Source: Verrucomicrobiota bacterium (GTDB lineage Bacteria; Verrucomicrobiota; Verrucomicrobiia; Limisphaerales; JADLHS01). Taken from it: a stretch of DNA of 64,000 bases. The notes below the pieces were generated by a model. It was not told the origin of the DNA. It did no database searches and saw only the letters and a program-made list of their open reading frames with translations. This document shows positions 1 through 10,916 of this stretch, piece by piece. The first letter of the stretch is position 1, and each line of letters begins with the position of its first letter. The DNA lies in the NCBI GenBank assembly GCA_025350905.1, contig JANXWY010000254.1, positions 365-64,364 on the forward strand, given 5' to 3'. The position numbers were made by a program, and so were the translations under genes.

Positions 1-729
<729 letters not shown>

Positions 730-1168
730 GCGGCCAGATTAAACAGCCAACCCTGCGGGAGCGCAAAGCGGAAATGCGGAGCGCTGGTCTCCGACCCGGG
801 TGTTTATTTGAATGGTTCAGAAGGCCAGTAAACGAGACGCAACCTTTCAGGATGAAAAGCCTCACGTGTCGCCGAAGGAGGAATGACAAACCGGGTTGGA
901 GGCCGAGGCAGCCGCTCGCGGCACAAGGAGCTGGTAAATCTTTCTGTCCAGCATCAGCCCGATAGCCTCACCGGCGTCGGTTTCGGCCTTGCTCACCGCC
1001 TTTTTGGCTGCGAAAGCCGTGTGCCTTGTTTGATTGCTTTGCCATTCTGCTACCGTAGACCCTTGCGTAGACCTTTGATTTGCCGCCCGGCCCGAACCAG
1101 GCTGGGCGCAACCCGGCGCCGCCGCAATTTTCTCGTATGTCGGGCGGAGCGGTGTTTACGATACGCCT

Positions 1169-2086
1169 ATGTCATCGGGTTACGACCAATTGCTCGACGC
1201 GACGATTCAACATCTCGAAGCCCTGAAGCTGCGCGGGGTGCGCCATGTTGCCGTCGCCCCGGAAACGCTGCTCGCGTTGAGACAGCCGGCACCCCGAGGC
1301 GCACCACCGGCACCGGCGCCAGAAGTTAGGGTCGAGCAACGAGAGGAGGCTCGCTTTAAATCTGGAGTCCCAAGTTCGAAGGCCAAAGGAGTTCCAAGCT
1401 TACTGGCGACTGCGGCCAAGAATTTCGGCGCCACCACGGCTTCTGCCGCCCCGTTCGATCCCGGCGCCAAAGCCGCCGCGTTCGGGGCGTTGCGGACCCG
1501 CGCCCTTGCCTGTGTCAAATGTCCGCACCTCGTGTCCTCGCGCAAGAACGTCGTGTTCGGCGTGGGCAATATTGATGCACCTTTGATGTTCGTGGGCGAA
1601 GCGCCGGGCGCGGACGAAGATGAACTCGGCGAACCGTTCGTCGGCAAGGCTGGCCAGTTGCTCACGAAAATCATTGAGACCATGGGACTGAGTCGCGCAG
1701 AGGTTTACATCGCGAATATCCTAAAATGCCGGCCCGACACGCCCGACCAAGCCGCCGGTAACCGCAAGCCGACACCGGAGGAGATGGTCACGTGCATCCC
1801 GTACCTTCAGGAGCAGATCGATTTGATCCAGCCGAAGGTGATCGTGGCACTTGGCGGGACAGCGGTAGAGGGCTTGCTCGGCAAGACCATCGGGATTACC
1901 AAATTGCGCGGGAACTGGAAATCCTACCGCGAGATTCCTCTGATGCCGACTTACCATCCGGCTTACTTGTTGCGCAACCAAGCGCTGAGCGAGAAACGCA
2001 ATCTGTGGGAAGATATGTTGCAAGTCATGGAGAAACTTGGCCGCCCCGTTAGCGAGAAGCAGCGGAGGTTCTTTACAAGAGCCTGA
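1169..2086 (+). CDS. uracil-DNA glycosylase, family 4
   Basis: 305-aa ORF. It has the GEAPGADED motif, CVKCPHL, and HPAYLLRN near the C-terminus, typical of family-4 UDG (SPO1 DNA-polymerase-related type). Confidence 0.85.
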   Translation: MSSGYDQLLDATIQHLEALKLRGVRHVAVAPETLLALRQPAPRGAPPAPAPEVRVEQREEARFKSGVPSSKAKGVPSLLATAAKNFGATTASAAPFDPGAKAAAFGALRTRALACVKCPHLVSSRKNVVFGVGNIDAPLMFVGEAPGADEDELGEPFVGKAGQLLTKIIETMGLSRAEVYIANILKCRPDTPDQAAGNRKPTPEEMVTCIPYLQEQIDLIQPKVIVALGGTAVEGLLGKTIGITKLRGNWKSYREIPLMPTYHPAYLLRNQALSEKRNLWEDMLQVMEKLGRPVSEKQRRFFTRA

Positions 2087-2328
2087 GAGCAATCGCTCTC
2101 CCTCCCGCTGACCTTTGTTGCTCGACCCAGGATGATCGTCGTCGCTGACGAATGCGGAAGCCTCACCAATAGCTCGGCGAGTTGGCGATCAAAAAAGTGA
2201 CGAGCGTGCGTTTGGTGGTAATTGAACCAGGCGAGGGCCTTCAATCAGCGGTGATGCCTTGGCGCTGCAACGCCTGTCGTTACCAGTCTCAAACCATCCC
2301 CTCTGCGCGGGGTAAAGGGTGATGCCCG

Positions 2329-2604
2329 CTAAATTCCCACGAAAACATTGGCGAGGCGACCGCCCACGTAGACACAGTTGCGATGGCCGAAGAGTTGTTT
2401 GCGCAGTTTTTCAATGCGCACTTCCGAGCGCTCAATCTGGCCGACAACGAAGTGGTAAACTTCCTTCACGGGCTCATTGAGTAAGCGGCTGGAACGATGA
2501 ATGGGTTGTTTATCCACTTTGATGAGTAAACTGCCAGTTAGCTGATTATAGTTGAACTCGACTAGGTGTTTTTCGACTTCACCAACCTCAATTTTGAATT
2601 TCAT
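2329..2604 (-). CDS. hypothetical small protein (91 aa)
   Basis: Isolated ORF with protein-like, non-Arg/Pro-biased composition, visibly AT-richer than its neighbours. No family recognised. Confidence 0.4.
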   Translation of the reverse strand: MKFKIEVGEVEKHLVEFNYNQLTGSLLIKVDKQPIHRSSRLLNEPVKEVYHFVVGQIERSEVRIEKLRKQLFGHRNCVYVGGRLANVFVGI

Positions 2605-2827
2605 AAAATAGCTCCTTACTAACTAACAATCACCCAACGCAAACTTCATGCCGCGCCGCAGGCGGGTGCGGTTTGCGATTTATTTTCCCCCGGGGGAAAT
2701 CCTGAAGGAATCATTGTTGGTCAGGGATGAACGCGAATCCAATCTCACTGAACCCGCGGAATCCGTGCACCAGCTGAGACATTCAGGACCGGGCGTCCCA
2801 AACCCATTTTGCAATTGCCCAAGATTC

Positions 2828-4993
2828 TTACGGGCCGAGCAGCAACCGGTGGATTTCCCGGGCGTCTTTCGTCGGCGGCTGACACGCCCTGCCGGTGCAG
2901 AGATAAGCGACCGGGCCGTTTTTTGCCGGTAAGGTGCGGGCGAATTCCTCCACGGCGCCGGCGTTGCCCAGCACGATTATGTTCGGTTGATAAACCGAAT
3001 GTGCCGCGTGAATCAACTCCCGGGCCTCGACCGAACCTGGATCGCCGGCAATGACGACCCGGCGCGGCTCGTCCAGTGAGAAATCCAGCGCGTGCAGCAG
3101 GTAAGGCAAGGCCTGTGGGTGTTGCTCCAATCGCGGCCCAAACAGGCGCAGCGTGGTCTCGGCGGCTTGCCGAAAATCAGCCCGGTCAGTAATGGCCGCC
3201 AGTTTCAAGAGTGCGAGGGTGGCGACGGAGTTGCCGGACGGTTCGGCCCCGTCGTAATCATCCTTCACCCGCAGGATGAGATCGGGCGAATCCGCCGCAC
3301 TTTGCCAAAACCCACCATGCTCCGTGTCATAAAATTTTGCGAGCATCGTCTCGGCGAGCGCGCTGGCGAAGTCGAGGTGCTTGGGCTCAAGCGTCGCTTC
3401 GTAAAGTTGAAGGACGCCCTCGAGCTGGAAGGCATAGGCTTCGAGCAATTGCACGTTGTCGCGCGCGCCATCACGCCAGCGGTGGTACAGTGTCCGGGAT
3501 TTCGCATCCCAGAGCCGTGCTTGAATAAACGCCAGGTTTTTCTCCGCCACCGTGAGATAACTCTCGTCCCCGAGCACCGCAAAAGCCCGCGCCATGGCAC
3601 CGAGCATCAGGCCGTTCCACGAGGCGAGGATTTTGTCGTCGAGTTGGGGGCGGCTCCGATGGTTGCGCGCCTTCAACATTTTCTGCTTGGCGGAAGCTAA
3701 GAGCGGCTGATCTACCGGGCGGAGGTCGGGATCAGCAATGTGCAACACGTTTTGGCCCGCCAACGGCGACGGATGGCTGTGGTCCACAAAGTTACCCGGC
3801 TTCGTGATCCCGAAATAACCGGCCGTCACGTTGAATTCCTCTGGCGTCAGTAATCCTGACAACTCTTCGTGCGTCCAGCAGTAGAATTTCCCTTCGTGCC
3901 CGTCGCTGTCGGCGTCTTCGGCGGAATAAAAGCCGCCCTCCGGATGCGTCATGTCGCGCCGGAGATAACCAATGATGTCGCGCGCCCGATCGGCGACCCG
4001 CGGTTCGCCGCTGACGAGATACGCATCGAGATAGAGATGGAGCAACTGCGCGTTGTCGTAGAGCATTTTTTCGAAATGCGGCACCCGCCATTCGGCATCC
4101 ACGGAGTAACGGGCAAAGCCGCCGCCGAGTTGATCATGGATGCCGCCGGCGGCCATGCGGTCGCACGTGTGCAAGGTCATGCGCGTGGCTGCGGGGTCCT
4201 GGAAGCGCCGGGCGTAACGCAACAGAAGCGCCGGCTGGCTCGGCTGGGGAAATTTGGGCGCCCCGCCGAACCCGCCGTTCCGCGGGTCGTAGGCTTCCAT
4301 GAACACCGCGCCCGCACGCCTCAGGGTGTCGGCGCTCGGGCTGGGGCCGGCGGCCACGACGGGCGCCGTTGCCAGTTTGAGGCGGTCGCGAATTGCATTC
4401 GCGGACGCGGCGACCTCACCGTGGCGCTCCTGCCAAACCTCGGCGATTTTCTGCAGGGTGGTGAGGAAGCTGCCGCGGCCGTGGCGGTCGTCCGGCGGAA
4501 AATAGGTGCCGCCAAAGAACGGCTTGCGGTCCGGGGTCAGGAAAACGTTCAGCGGCCAGCCGCCGCCACCCGTGGTGGATTGCACGAACGTCATGTATAT
4601 CTTGTCGACGTCCGGACGCTCCTCGCGGTCCAGTTTGATACTGATGAAATGTTCCCGGAGATAGCCGCCGATTTTTTCGTCCTCGAAGGATTCGCGTTCC
4701 ATGACGTGACACCAATGGCAGGTCGAGTAACCGATGCTGAGAAAGATGGGTTTGTTTTCCGCTTGCGCCCGGGCGAAGGCCTCGTCGCCCCAGGCGAACC
4801 AATCCACGGGATTGTGCGCGTGCTGCAGGAGGTAGGGTGATTTCTCGCCTGCGAGGCGGTTGGTGTGCCGGGGTGAAGGGGGCTGGTTGGTGTTCATGGC
4901 GGAGTCGGGTTTGGTGTGGTGGCGGGAGCCGTCGCACGCGCTCAACCCGACCGCCAGGGTAGTCGCCAAAAAGCAAATCGCCGCGAGTTGCAT
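2828..4993 (-). CDS. thioredoxin-domain protein, YyaL/DUF255 family, probable lipoprotein
   Basis: Contains [13 protein letters not shown]...[14 protein letters not shown] (thioredoxin-like CxxC) followed by a long alpha/alpha-toroid-like region. I prefer the ATG at 4993, which gives [20 protein letters not shown] with a lipobox, over the ORF-track start at 5035. Confidence 0.85.
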   Translation of the reverse strand: MQLAAICFLATTLAVGLSACDGSRHHTKPDSAMNTNQPPSPRHTNRLAGEKSPYLLQHAHNPVDWFAWGDEAFARAQAENKPIFLSIGYSTCHWCHVMERESFEDEKIGGYLREHFISIKLDREERPDVDKIYMTFVQSTTGGGGWPLNVFLTPDRKPFFGGTYFPPDDRHGRGSFLTTLQKIAEVWQERHGEVAASANAIRDRLKLATAPVVAAGPSPSADTLRRAGAVFMEAYDPRNGGFGGAPKFPQPSQPALLLRYARRFQDPAATRMTLHTCDRMAAGGIHDQLGGGFARYSVDAEWRVPHFEKMLYDNAQLLHLYLDAYLVSGEPRVADRARDIIGYLRRDMTHPEGGFYSAEDADSDGHEGKFYCWTHEELSGLLTPEEFNVTAGYFGITKPGNFVDHSHPSPLAGQNVLHIADPDLRPVDQPLLASAKQKMLKARNHRSRPQLDDKILASWNGLMLGAMARAFAVLGDESYLTVAEKNLAFIQARLWDAKSRTLYHRWRDGARDNVQLLEAYAFQLEGVLQLYEATLEPKHLDFASALAETMLAKFYDTEHGGFWQSAADSPDLILRVKDDYDGAEPSGNSVATLALLKLAAITDRADFRQAAETTLRLFGPRLEQHPQALPYLLHALDFSLDEPRRVVIAGDPGSVEARELIHAAHSVYQPNIIVLGNAGAVEEFARTLPAKNGPVAYLCTGRACQPPTKDAREIHRLLLGP

Positions 4994-5089
4994 TCGGTAC
5001 CGGGAGAGCGTAGCGGTCCCCGCCCCGCGGCCCAAGGGAAACCTGGCGCATTCCGATGCTGTCGGGCGGACGCCGGCGGCCCCGGGCCC

Positions 5090-5123
5090 AATAAAAAACG
5101 GAGCCTGCGTCTCGCAAGCTCCG
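5090..5123 (-). terminator. rho-independent terminator downstream of the RRM protein gene
   Basis: On the minus strand, cggagcttgcg-aga-cgcaggctccg forms an 11-bp stem including one G-U pair, followed by ttttttatt. It lies 22 nt after the stop codon. Confidence 0.7.
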
Positions 5124-5144
5124 CTTTGAAATCAAGCTGATTGC

Positions 5145-5489
5145 TCAGTAGCGACCGCGACCGCCACCACCGCCGCCGCTTCCCCCACCGTACTCGCGCC
5201 GCGGGCCGCGACCACCCCCGCCGCCGCCGGGCGGACGTTCCTCGCGCGGGCGGGCGACATTGACCGTCAGGGCGCGGCCGTCGAGTTCCTTGCCGTTCAA
5301 CGCCTCAATCGCCTTTTGCGCTTCTTCTTCTGAACTCATGGTCACGAACGCAAAGCCGCGCGGGCGGCCCGACATCCGGTCCATCATCAGGTTGGTTTCC
5401 ACGACCGAGCCGTGCGCCGCGAAGGCGTCCTGCAAGTCGTTTTCGGTGATTTTGAAGGAGAGGTTTCCAACAAACAGTTTCGTGCTCAT
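5145..5489 (-). CDS. RRM-type RNA-binding protein with Gly/Arg-rich tail
   Basis: RNP2 motif LFVGNL, RNP1 motif RGFAFVTM, and a C-terminal GGGGGRG... tail. Confidence 0.85.
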   Translation of the reverse strand: MSTKLFVGNLSFKITENDLQDAFAAHGSVVETNLMMDRMSGRPRGFAFVTMSSEEEAQKAIEALNGKELDGRALTVNVARPREERPPGGGGGGRGPRREYGGGSGGGGGGRGRY

Positions 5490-5714
5490 TGCTGCAATGT
5501 CCTAGACGGTACCGTGCTATCTCCCGACTGTTCCCGACCACCGGGTTTCAAATCATCACTGAACCGAGTTCACTTGAAGATTTACCATGCCGTGAAAGCG
5601 ACACGCTATCTATCAGACGGCGTTACCCTGACAGGTTCAATTCCAAGTTCAAGCGGGAAATACTGGAAATTTTCCCGCTTTCCTGGGACGAAAATTTACC
5701 TATCGTCTGGGACG

Positions 5715-7109
5715 ATGTTTTCGGAAATCAAGTCAGTTCACTTTGTCGGGCTCTGTGGCACGGCGATGGCCGCGACCGCGGTGGCTCTAAAGCAGCGCGG
5801 GTTTGCCGTGACCGGCTCGGACCAAAGCGTTTATCCGCCCATGTCCACATTTCTGGCCGAGCGTCAGGTCGCGGTGATGGATGGGTACGCCGAGCGCAAT
5901 CTCGCGCACCGGCCCGACCTGGTGGTCATCGGCAACGCCATTTCGCGCGGCAATCCGGAGGCGGAATACACGCTCGACCATAAGCTACGTTTCTGTTCGC
6001 TGCCGGATTTGTTGCGCGAATTTTTTATTCGCGGGAAACGCTCGATTGTCGTTGCCGGCACCCACGGCAAAACCACCACGACCTCGCTGCTGACGTGGGT
6101 GTTCGAGCACAACGGATTGAATCCGAGCTATCTCATCGGCGGCATCCCCAACAATCTCAGTCAGGGCGCGCGCTTCACGGACAGCGAATGGTTCATTATC
6201 GAGGGCGACGAATACGACACGGCGTTTTTCGACAAACGCAGCAAATTTATTCATTATCTGCCCGAAGTTGCGATCCTCAACAATGTCGAATTCGATCACG
6301 CGGACATCTTCGCCGACCTGGCCGCGGTGCAGCAGACGTTCCGCCATTTTCTCCGGCTGGTGCCGCGCAACGGGCTGCTGCTCGGCAACGGCGACGACCC
6401 CAATGTCGCGCCGCTGCTCGACGTGAATTTCTGTCCCGTGAAACGATTCGGCCTCAGGGAGCATAACGCCGTCCGCGCCACCAACGTGCGGCTCGGCCCG
6501 ACCGCCAGCGAGTTCGAGATTCCCAGCGCCAAATTTCACTTGAACCTGGCCGGCGAATTTAACCTGCGCAACGCTCTCGCCGTCGTTGCGGCCGCGAAAC
6601 ACTGCGGGTTGTCCAACAAACAAATCCAGTCCGCCTTCGACACGTTCAAGGGCATCAAGCGGCGCATGGAAGTCCGCGGCATTGCCGGCGGGGTGACGGT
6701 GATTGACGATTTCGGCCATCATCCGACGGCCATCCGCGAGACGCTCCGCGCGTTGCGCATCAAGTATGCGAAGGAAAAAATCTGGGCGGTTTTCGAGCCG
6801 CGCAGCAATACCACGCGCCGGAAAATCTTCCAGAGCGAACTCGCTTATTCTTTTGCCGATGCTGACGGCGTGGTCGTGTCGCAAATTGCGCGCCTGGAAT
6901 TGCTCGCCCCGGAGGAGCGATTGAACCCGGAGCAGTTGATGGCTGATTTGAAGACTTTGGGCAAGGACGCCGCGTATTTGCCGGACGCGGACGCCATTGT
7001 TGCGCACCTAGCGATAAAGGTGGAAGGCGGCGACATTGTCTGCGTCTTCAGCAATGGCGGCTTTGGCGGCATTCACTCGAAGTTGCTCGAACGGTTGGGG
7101 CGGAGGTAA
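5715..7109 (+). CDS. mpl: UDP-N-acetylmuramate:L-alanyl-gamma-D-glutamyl-meso-diaminopimelate ligase
   Basis: From ATG 5715: MFSEIKSVHFVGLCGTAMAA...VYPPMSTFL...AGTHGKTTTTS...EGDEYDTAFFDKRSKFIHY...NNVEFDHADIF...SNGGFGGIHSKLL. This aligns along its whole length with my recollection of E. coli Mpl. Confidence 0.85.
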   Translation: MFSEIKSVHFVGLCGTAMAATAVALKQRGFAVTGSDQSVYPPMSTFLAERQVAVMDGYAERNLAHRPDLVVIGNAISRGNPEAEYTLDHKLRFCSLPDLLREFFIRGKRSIVVAGTHGKTTTTSLLTWVFEHNGLNPSYLIGGIPNNLSQGARFTDSEWFIIEGDEYDTAFFDKRSKFIHYLPEVAILNNVEFDHADIFADLAAVQQTFRHFLRLVPRNGLLLGNGDDPNVAPLLDVNFCPVKRFGLREHNAVRATNVRLGPTASEFEIPSAKFHLNLAGEFNLRNALAVVAAAKHCGLSNKQIQSAFDTFKGIKRRMEVRGIAGGVTVIDDFGHHPTAIRETLRALRIKYAKEKIWAVFEPRSNTTRRKIFQSELAYSFADADGVVVSQIARLELLAPEERLNPEQLMADLKTLGKDAAYLPDADAIVAHLAIKVEGGDIVCVFSNGGFGGIHSKLLERLGRR

Positions 7110-7364
7110 TCGGTTCCCAATCCAACCCGTTTGCCCGGCGCCAGAGCATCGGAGGCGAATGCGGGAGCCCATCGGTTGGGACGGGGAGGCGAGACGCCCG
7201 CCGTCTCCGTTTGCTTTCTAGCGTGTCCGGTGGCTGCCGGTAGCGGGTGTCGGAGCGCCCGGAGCAATCGCTTGCGATCCAGCAACGGCGGGGCCAAATC
7301 TTCAGTCTTACCGCAAACTTCGCGTGAGCCTTTTCGCTTCGCCCGGTCCAATCGACTGAAGCCT

Positions 7365-8648
7365 ATGAACACTTACGCATACGAAGCGGTAGACGCCGCG
7401 GGCGCAAGTTCTGCCGGCGTGTTGGAGGTCGCCAGCCAGAGCGAAGCGGTCCGGCGCATCAAGGAAATGGGGTTGTATCCGCTCCGCGTCGCCCAGCGCC
7501 ATAAGCACCGGTTCCACAGAGTCCTGGCCAAACCGCGACCGAATTTTCGGCGGGGAAGTTTTTCGATTCCGCGTTTCGGCCAACGCGTAAAACCCGCGGT
7601 GCTTACGGTCTTGACGCGGCAGATCGCGACGCTGGTGGACGCCGGCTTGCCGCTGCTGCGGGGACTGAGAATTCTGGCGCAACAGGAAACCAACCGCACG
7701 CTCAAGCGAATCCTGGGTGAGGTGGGCGCGCAGATCGAAAGTGGCAGCCAATTTTCGGAGGCGCTCGCGGCGCATCCGAAGGTATTCAACCGGCTGTACG
7801 TGAACATGGTCCGCGCCGGCGAGCTGGGCGGGGCGTTGGAGATCGCCCTCCGACGGCTCGCGGAGTTCATGGAGAAGGCGCAGAAGATCAAAGGCAAGGT
7901 GAAGTCCGCCCTGTTTTATCCGGCGGCAGTGATGACGGTCGCCACGGCGATCATGGGCTCGATGCTGGTATTCGTCATCCCGCGGTTCAAGGAGGTGTTC
8001 AGCGGGCTGACCGGCGGGGCCCCGCTCCCGGCCTTCACGACCCTCGTACTCAAGGTCAGTGATTTTACGAAACAGCATTTCGTCATTGCCCTGCTGACCC
8101 TCGTGGCGGTGGGAATTGCCCTGACCTTGGCCGGGCGAACCAGAACGGGGCGGCTCGCGTTCGACCATTTGAAACTGAAGCTTCCGGTTTTCGGCCCGGT
8201 ATTTCGCAAAGCGGCGATCTCGCGGTTCGCTCGGACGCTGGGGACGTTGTTGAACAGCGGGGTGCCGGTTTTACAAGCCTTGACGATTGTGCGGGAGACC
8301 GCGGGCAACTCGGTGTTAGGCAATTTGATTTCGCGGGTTTATGACGGCGTCAAGGAAGGCGAGCCCATCACCGCGCCCTTGCGATCGTCGTCCATCTTCC
8401 CGCCGATGATTGTCGGCATGGTGGACATTGGGGAACAGACCGGCGCTTTGCCGGATATGTTGCTGAAGATCGCCGATGGCTGCGACGACGAGGTGGACAA
8501 TGCGGTGAGCGCCATGATGTCGTTGCTCGAACCGATCATGATTGTGTTCCTGGCAGTCGTGGTGGGCAGCATCGTCATCGCGATGTTTCTGCCGATCATC
8601 GGCATCATGACCGGCCCCGGCATTGGCGGCCCGGGGGATACCGAATGA
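7365..8648 (+). CDS. type II secretion / type IV pilus platform protein (GspF/PilC family)
   Basis: From ATG 7365. There is an internal duplication of the T2SSF domain (LTRQIATLVDAGLPLLRGLRIL and FARTLGTLLNSGVPVLQALTIV) and three hydrophobic segments. Confidence 0.8.
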   Translation: MNTYAYEAVDAAGASSAGVLEVASQSEAVRRIKEMGLYPLRVAQRHKHRFHRVLAKPRPNFRRGSFSIPRFGQRVKPAVLTVLTRQIATLVDAGLPLLRGLRILAQQETNRTLKRILGEVGAQIESGSQFSEALAAHPKVFNRLYVNMVRAGELGGALEIALRRLAEFMEKAQKIKGKVKSALFYPAAVMTVATAIMGSMLVFVIPRFKEVFSGLTGGAPLPAFTTLVLKVSDFTKQHFVIALLTLVAVGIALTLAGRTRTGRLAFDHLKLKLPVFGPVFRKAAISRFARTLGTLLNSGVPVLQALTIVRETAGNSVLGNLISRVYDGVKEGEPITAPLRSSSIFPPMIVGMVDIGEQTGALPDMLLKIADGCDDEVDNAVSAMMSLLEPIMIVFLAVVVGSIVIAMFLPIIGIMTGPGIGGPGDTE

Positions 8649-8774
8649 CCGGATCGGGGTTGGTCAAGAGTGGGTTGCCGGTTAGGGAAAAGTGCAGGTT
8701 TCTCACTCCGAGAACGTGGCGCCTCCCCGCGCCTTTTGGTCAGCGGCGCTAGGCAATCCGCCCAATACCTTTTC

Positions 8775-10016
8775 CTATTTCAACGCCTGATAATATCCCG
8801 TCTGGAATGCCGCGAAGAAATTGTGTTCGTTGAATGGGAAGTGCTGCGCGAAGGCGATGGCCACGACCCGCTCCTTCGGATCAACCTGGCAATAAGTCGT
8901 CGCCGCGCCGTACCAGCCGAATTGTCCAATCGACGACGGCATTGAGAGTTGACCGAGATCCGTCGTCACTTCCACGCCGAGCCCAAAGCCCTTCTGCCGG
9001 GTCGCCACCTGGTTGTTCGGCAACGTCACCAGATGATTCGCCGTCATCAACTCGACCGTCTTCCGTCCCAGGAGGCGGTGGCCTTCGAGCGAGCCTCCGT
9101 TGCAGAGCATTTGCGCAAACCGGGCGAAATCACCCGCCGTGGAGAAGATTCCCGCGCCGCCCGCTTCAATGCCGCGTCCCGCCTCCGGCCAGGTCTCGAC
9201 GATCGGTTGATCCTCCACGAACTTCCCGTCCGTCCCGTGTTTGTAAGTTTTGGCGAGGCGATTCATCTTTTCCGGCGGCACATCGAAGCCCGTGTCGTTC
9301 ATGCCCAATGGCCGGAAAATCCGTTCCTCCAGAAAGGCGCCGAACGTCTGGCCCGACACACGCTCGATCACTGCGCCCAGCACGTCTTGATTAATGCCAT
9401 AGGTGTAAGCGTCGCCGGGCTGATGCATGAGCGGCACCTGGGCGAGCTTGGTGATGAAGTTGGTCAACCCCGGCCCGCTCCACAGGTTCGCGTCGCGCCA
9501 CATTTTTGCGAGTTCCGCGTTCGTGGTGGAGAAGTCATAGAACAGCCCGCTGGTGTGCGTCATCAGATGTTTGATGGTGATGGGCCGCTTGAGCGGTTCG
9601 AGTTGCGGCACGTGCGCCGTGCCGCCCTTCCAGACCGTCATGTCCTTTAACTCCGGCAGATACTTCGCCACCGGATCATCCAGATTCAACCGCCCCTCCT
9701 CGACCAGCACCAGGGTGGCGACGCTCGTGATCATCTTCGACATTGAATACACTCGGCAAATCGTGTCGCGCTCCATCGGCAACTGCCGCTCCACGTCGCG
9801 ATAACCGTAGGTCTGGAAATCCACGATCTTCCCGTCGCGCGCCAGTAACGTGATGATGCCCGCATGCTGGCCTTCGCCCACGAACCGCTTCACCGTGGCG
9901 TGCAACACCGTGAGCCGCTCCGGCTCAAACCCCGCCGTCTCGGGCGAAGCCGTCGGCAATTGCGCCCGCGCCGAAACCGCCACGAGAAACGTCAGAGAAA
10001 AGAAAATGGATTTCAT
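8775..10016 (-). CDS. serine hydrolase, beta-lactamase/esterase family, secreted
   Basis: Signal peptide MKSIFFSLTFLVAVSARAQ, S-x-x-K motif in YSMSKMITS, and a length of 413 aa typical of the class C-like/EstB family. Confidence 0.8.
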   Translation of the reverse strand: MKSIFFSLTFLVAVSARAQLPTASPETAGFEPERLTVLHATVKRFVGEGQHAGIITLLARDGKIVDFQTYGYRDVERQLPMERDTICRVYSMSKMITSVATLVLVEEGRLNLDDPVAKYLPELKDMTVWKGGTAHVPQLEPLKRPITIKHLMTHTSGLFYDFSTTNAELAKMWRDANLWSGPGLTNFITKLAQVPLMHQPGDAYTYGINQDVLGAVIERVSGQTFGAFLEERIFRPLGMNDTGFDVPPEKMNRLAKTYKHGTDGKFVEDQPIVETWPEAGRGIEAGGAGIFSTAGDFARFAQMLCNGGSLEGHRLLGRKTVELMTANHLVTLPNNQVATRQKGFGLGVEVTTDLGQLSMPSSIGQFGWYGAATTYCQVDPKERVVAIAFAQHFPFNEHNFFAAFQTGYYQALK

Positions 10017-10335
10017 ACGAGCGAGGATTTAAGCGGAAACATTGGTCGTCGTCGCGGAAAATTCGCGAAAAAATCGCGGCGTAAAATGTGCCACGACTGT
10101 TTCAATGGCCCGCTTCATACCCGCTAAGGGCAGAGACCTGGTTTATCGGGAATGCAAATCCATGAGGGCCGACGGGGCGGTTTATCGTGCCGTGATTGGG
10201 TGCGGCGGAACCCCCCCCCGCGGCCTTCCATGGGCGGGATAATTTGGCCTTCCGCCCAAATTGGGCTTGGACCCTTTACTCTGGGCGTTGCCTTGGTCTG
10301 GCATACAGTCACGCGGTCGGCGGCTGGGGGCGACG

Positions 10336-10519
10336 GTTGCTCAATACAGCCACTTCCCGATCTTCCCGTCAGGACTCAATACTACGCCTTGACGGCGAAA
10401 GGCCCAGCACATGTAGCTAATGCTCACGAAGAAGGATGCGGGTAAGCGGTTCGCGGCGCAGATTTTCACGCCCAGCGGCGTCGTCTTGCCGCCGAATCCC
10501 ATCGGGCCGATGCCGAGTT
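10336..10519. repeat. direct repeat copy 1 (184 bp), homologous to 11682-11865
   Basis: Hand alignment with offset 1346 shows 165 of 184 identical positions and no indels. The longest identical block is 36 nt at 10479-10514. Confidence 0.9.
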
Positions 10520-10541
10520 TGGTCGCAGCGGCGGCGTCCAT
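10341..10541 (-). pseudogene. displaced 3' fragment of the class I fumarate hydratase alpha-subunit gene
   Basis: Translation ...LGIGPMGFGGKTTPLGVKICAANRLPASFFVSISYMCWAFRRQGVVLSPDGKIGKWLY matches the C-terminus of the intact gene at 11687-12565 except P/L and F/Y. It has the same stop codon. No upstream gene body is present. Confidence 0.8.
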
Positions 10542-10547
10542 TTACTT

Positions 10548-10871
10548 TTATCGCCTATCCGGATCAAACAATTCCGACCTCATCTGGAGCTGCTTGATGC
10601 TGTTGGTCGCTACGTCCTGCATTCTGATTCCCGCTTCGCCGCAGAGCAGAGCCACATACCAGAGGACATCGGACAGCCTATCCTGGAGCTCACTCGTTTG
10701 AACCGCCGCCAGAGTGAACTTTCCAGATGTCGATGCTGTGCTCAGCAGTGAACTGATCTTCCCAGCTTCTTCCTGCAATCCGGAAACGGGAAGAAGTATT
10801 CGGTCCCGATTGTTGCGCAGCGAGAGCGGCAATTTGGTCGCGGTAATTTGATATTCTTCGAATGTTTTCAT
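10548..10871 (-). CDS. MazG-like all-alpha NTP pyrophosphohydrolase family protein (107 aa)
   Basis: Pattern FEEYQ..A..T....GLQEEAGK......ELQDRLSDVLWYVALLCGEAGI......N..KL..R matches the small MazG/NTP-PPase fold. The first metal motif reads E-A-G-K where E-A-G-E is usual. ATG start with a GGAAG upstream. Confidence 0.6.
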   Translation of the reverse strand: MKTFEEYQITATKLPLSLRNNRDRILLPVSGLQEEAGKISSLLSTASTSGKFTLAAVQTSELQDRLSDVLWYVALLCGEAGIRMQDVATNSIKQLQMRSELFDPDRR

Positions 10872-10916
10872 CGTAATCTTCCGTCGAGCCGTGCGCCCAC
10901 CTAGCCTGCAGATGGT

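Noticed and set aside
900-1100. Possible short minus-strand peptide (...AAKKAVSKAETDAGEAIGLMLDRKIYQLLVPR...) in the argG-udg spacer
   Set aside because: There is no usable start codon giving more than ~30 codons, and no motif. This is insufficient evidence.
1963-2244. 93-aa minus-strand ORF overlapping the UDG 3' end
   Set aside because: Most of it is antisense to a well-supported gene. The non-overlapping part is short and has no recognisable family.
5985-7007. 340-aa minus-strand ORF
   Set aside because: It is antisense to mpl, which aligns end to end with known Mpl.
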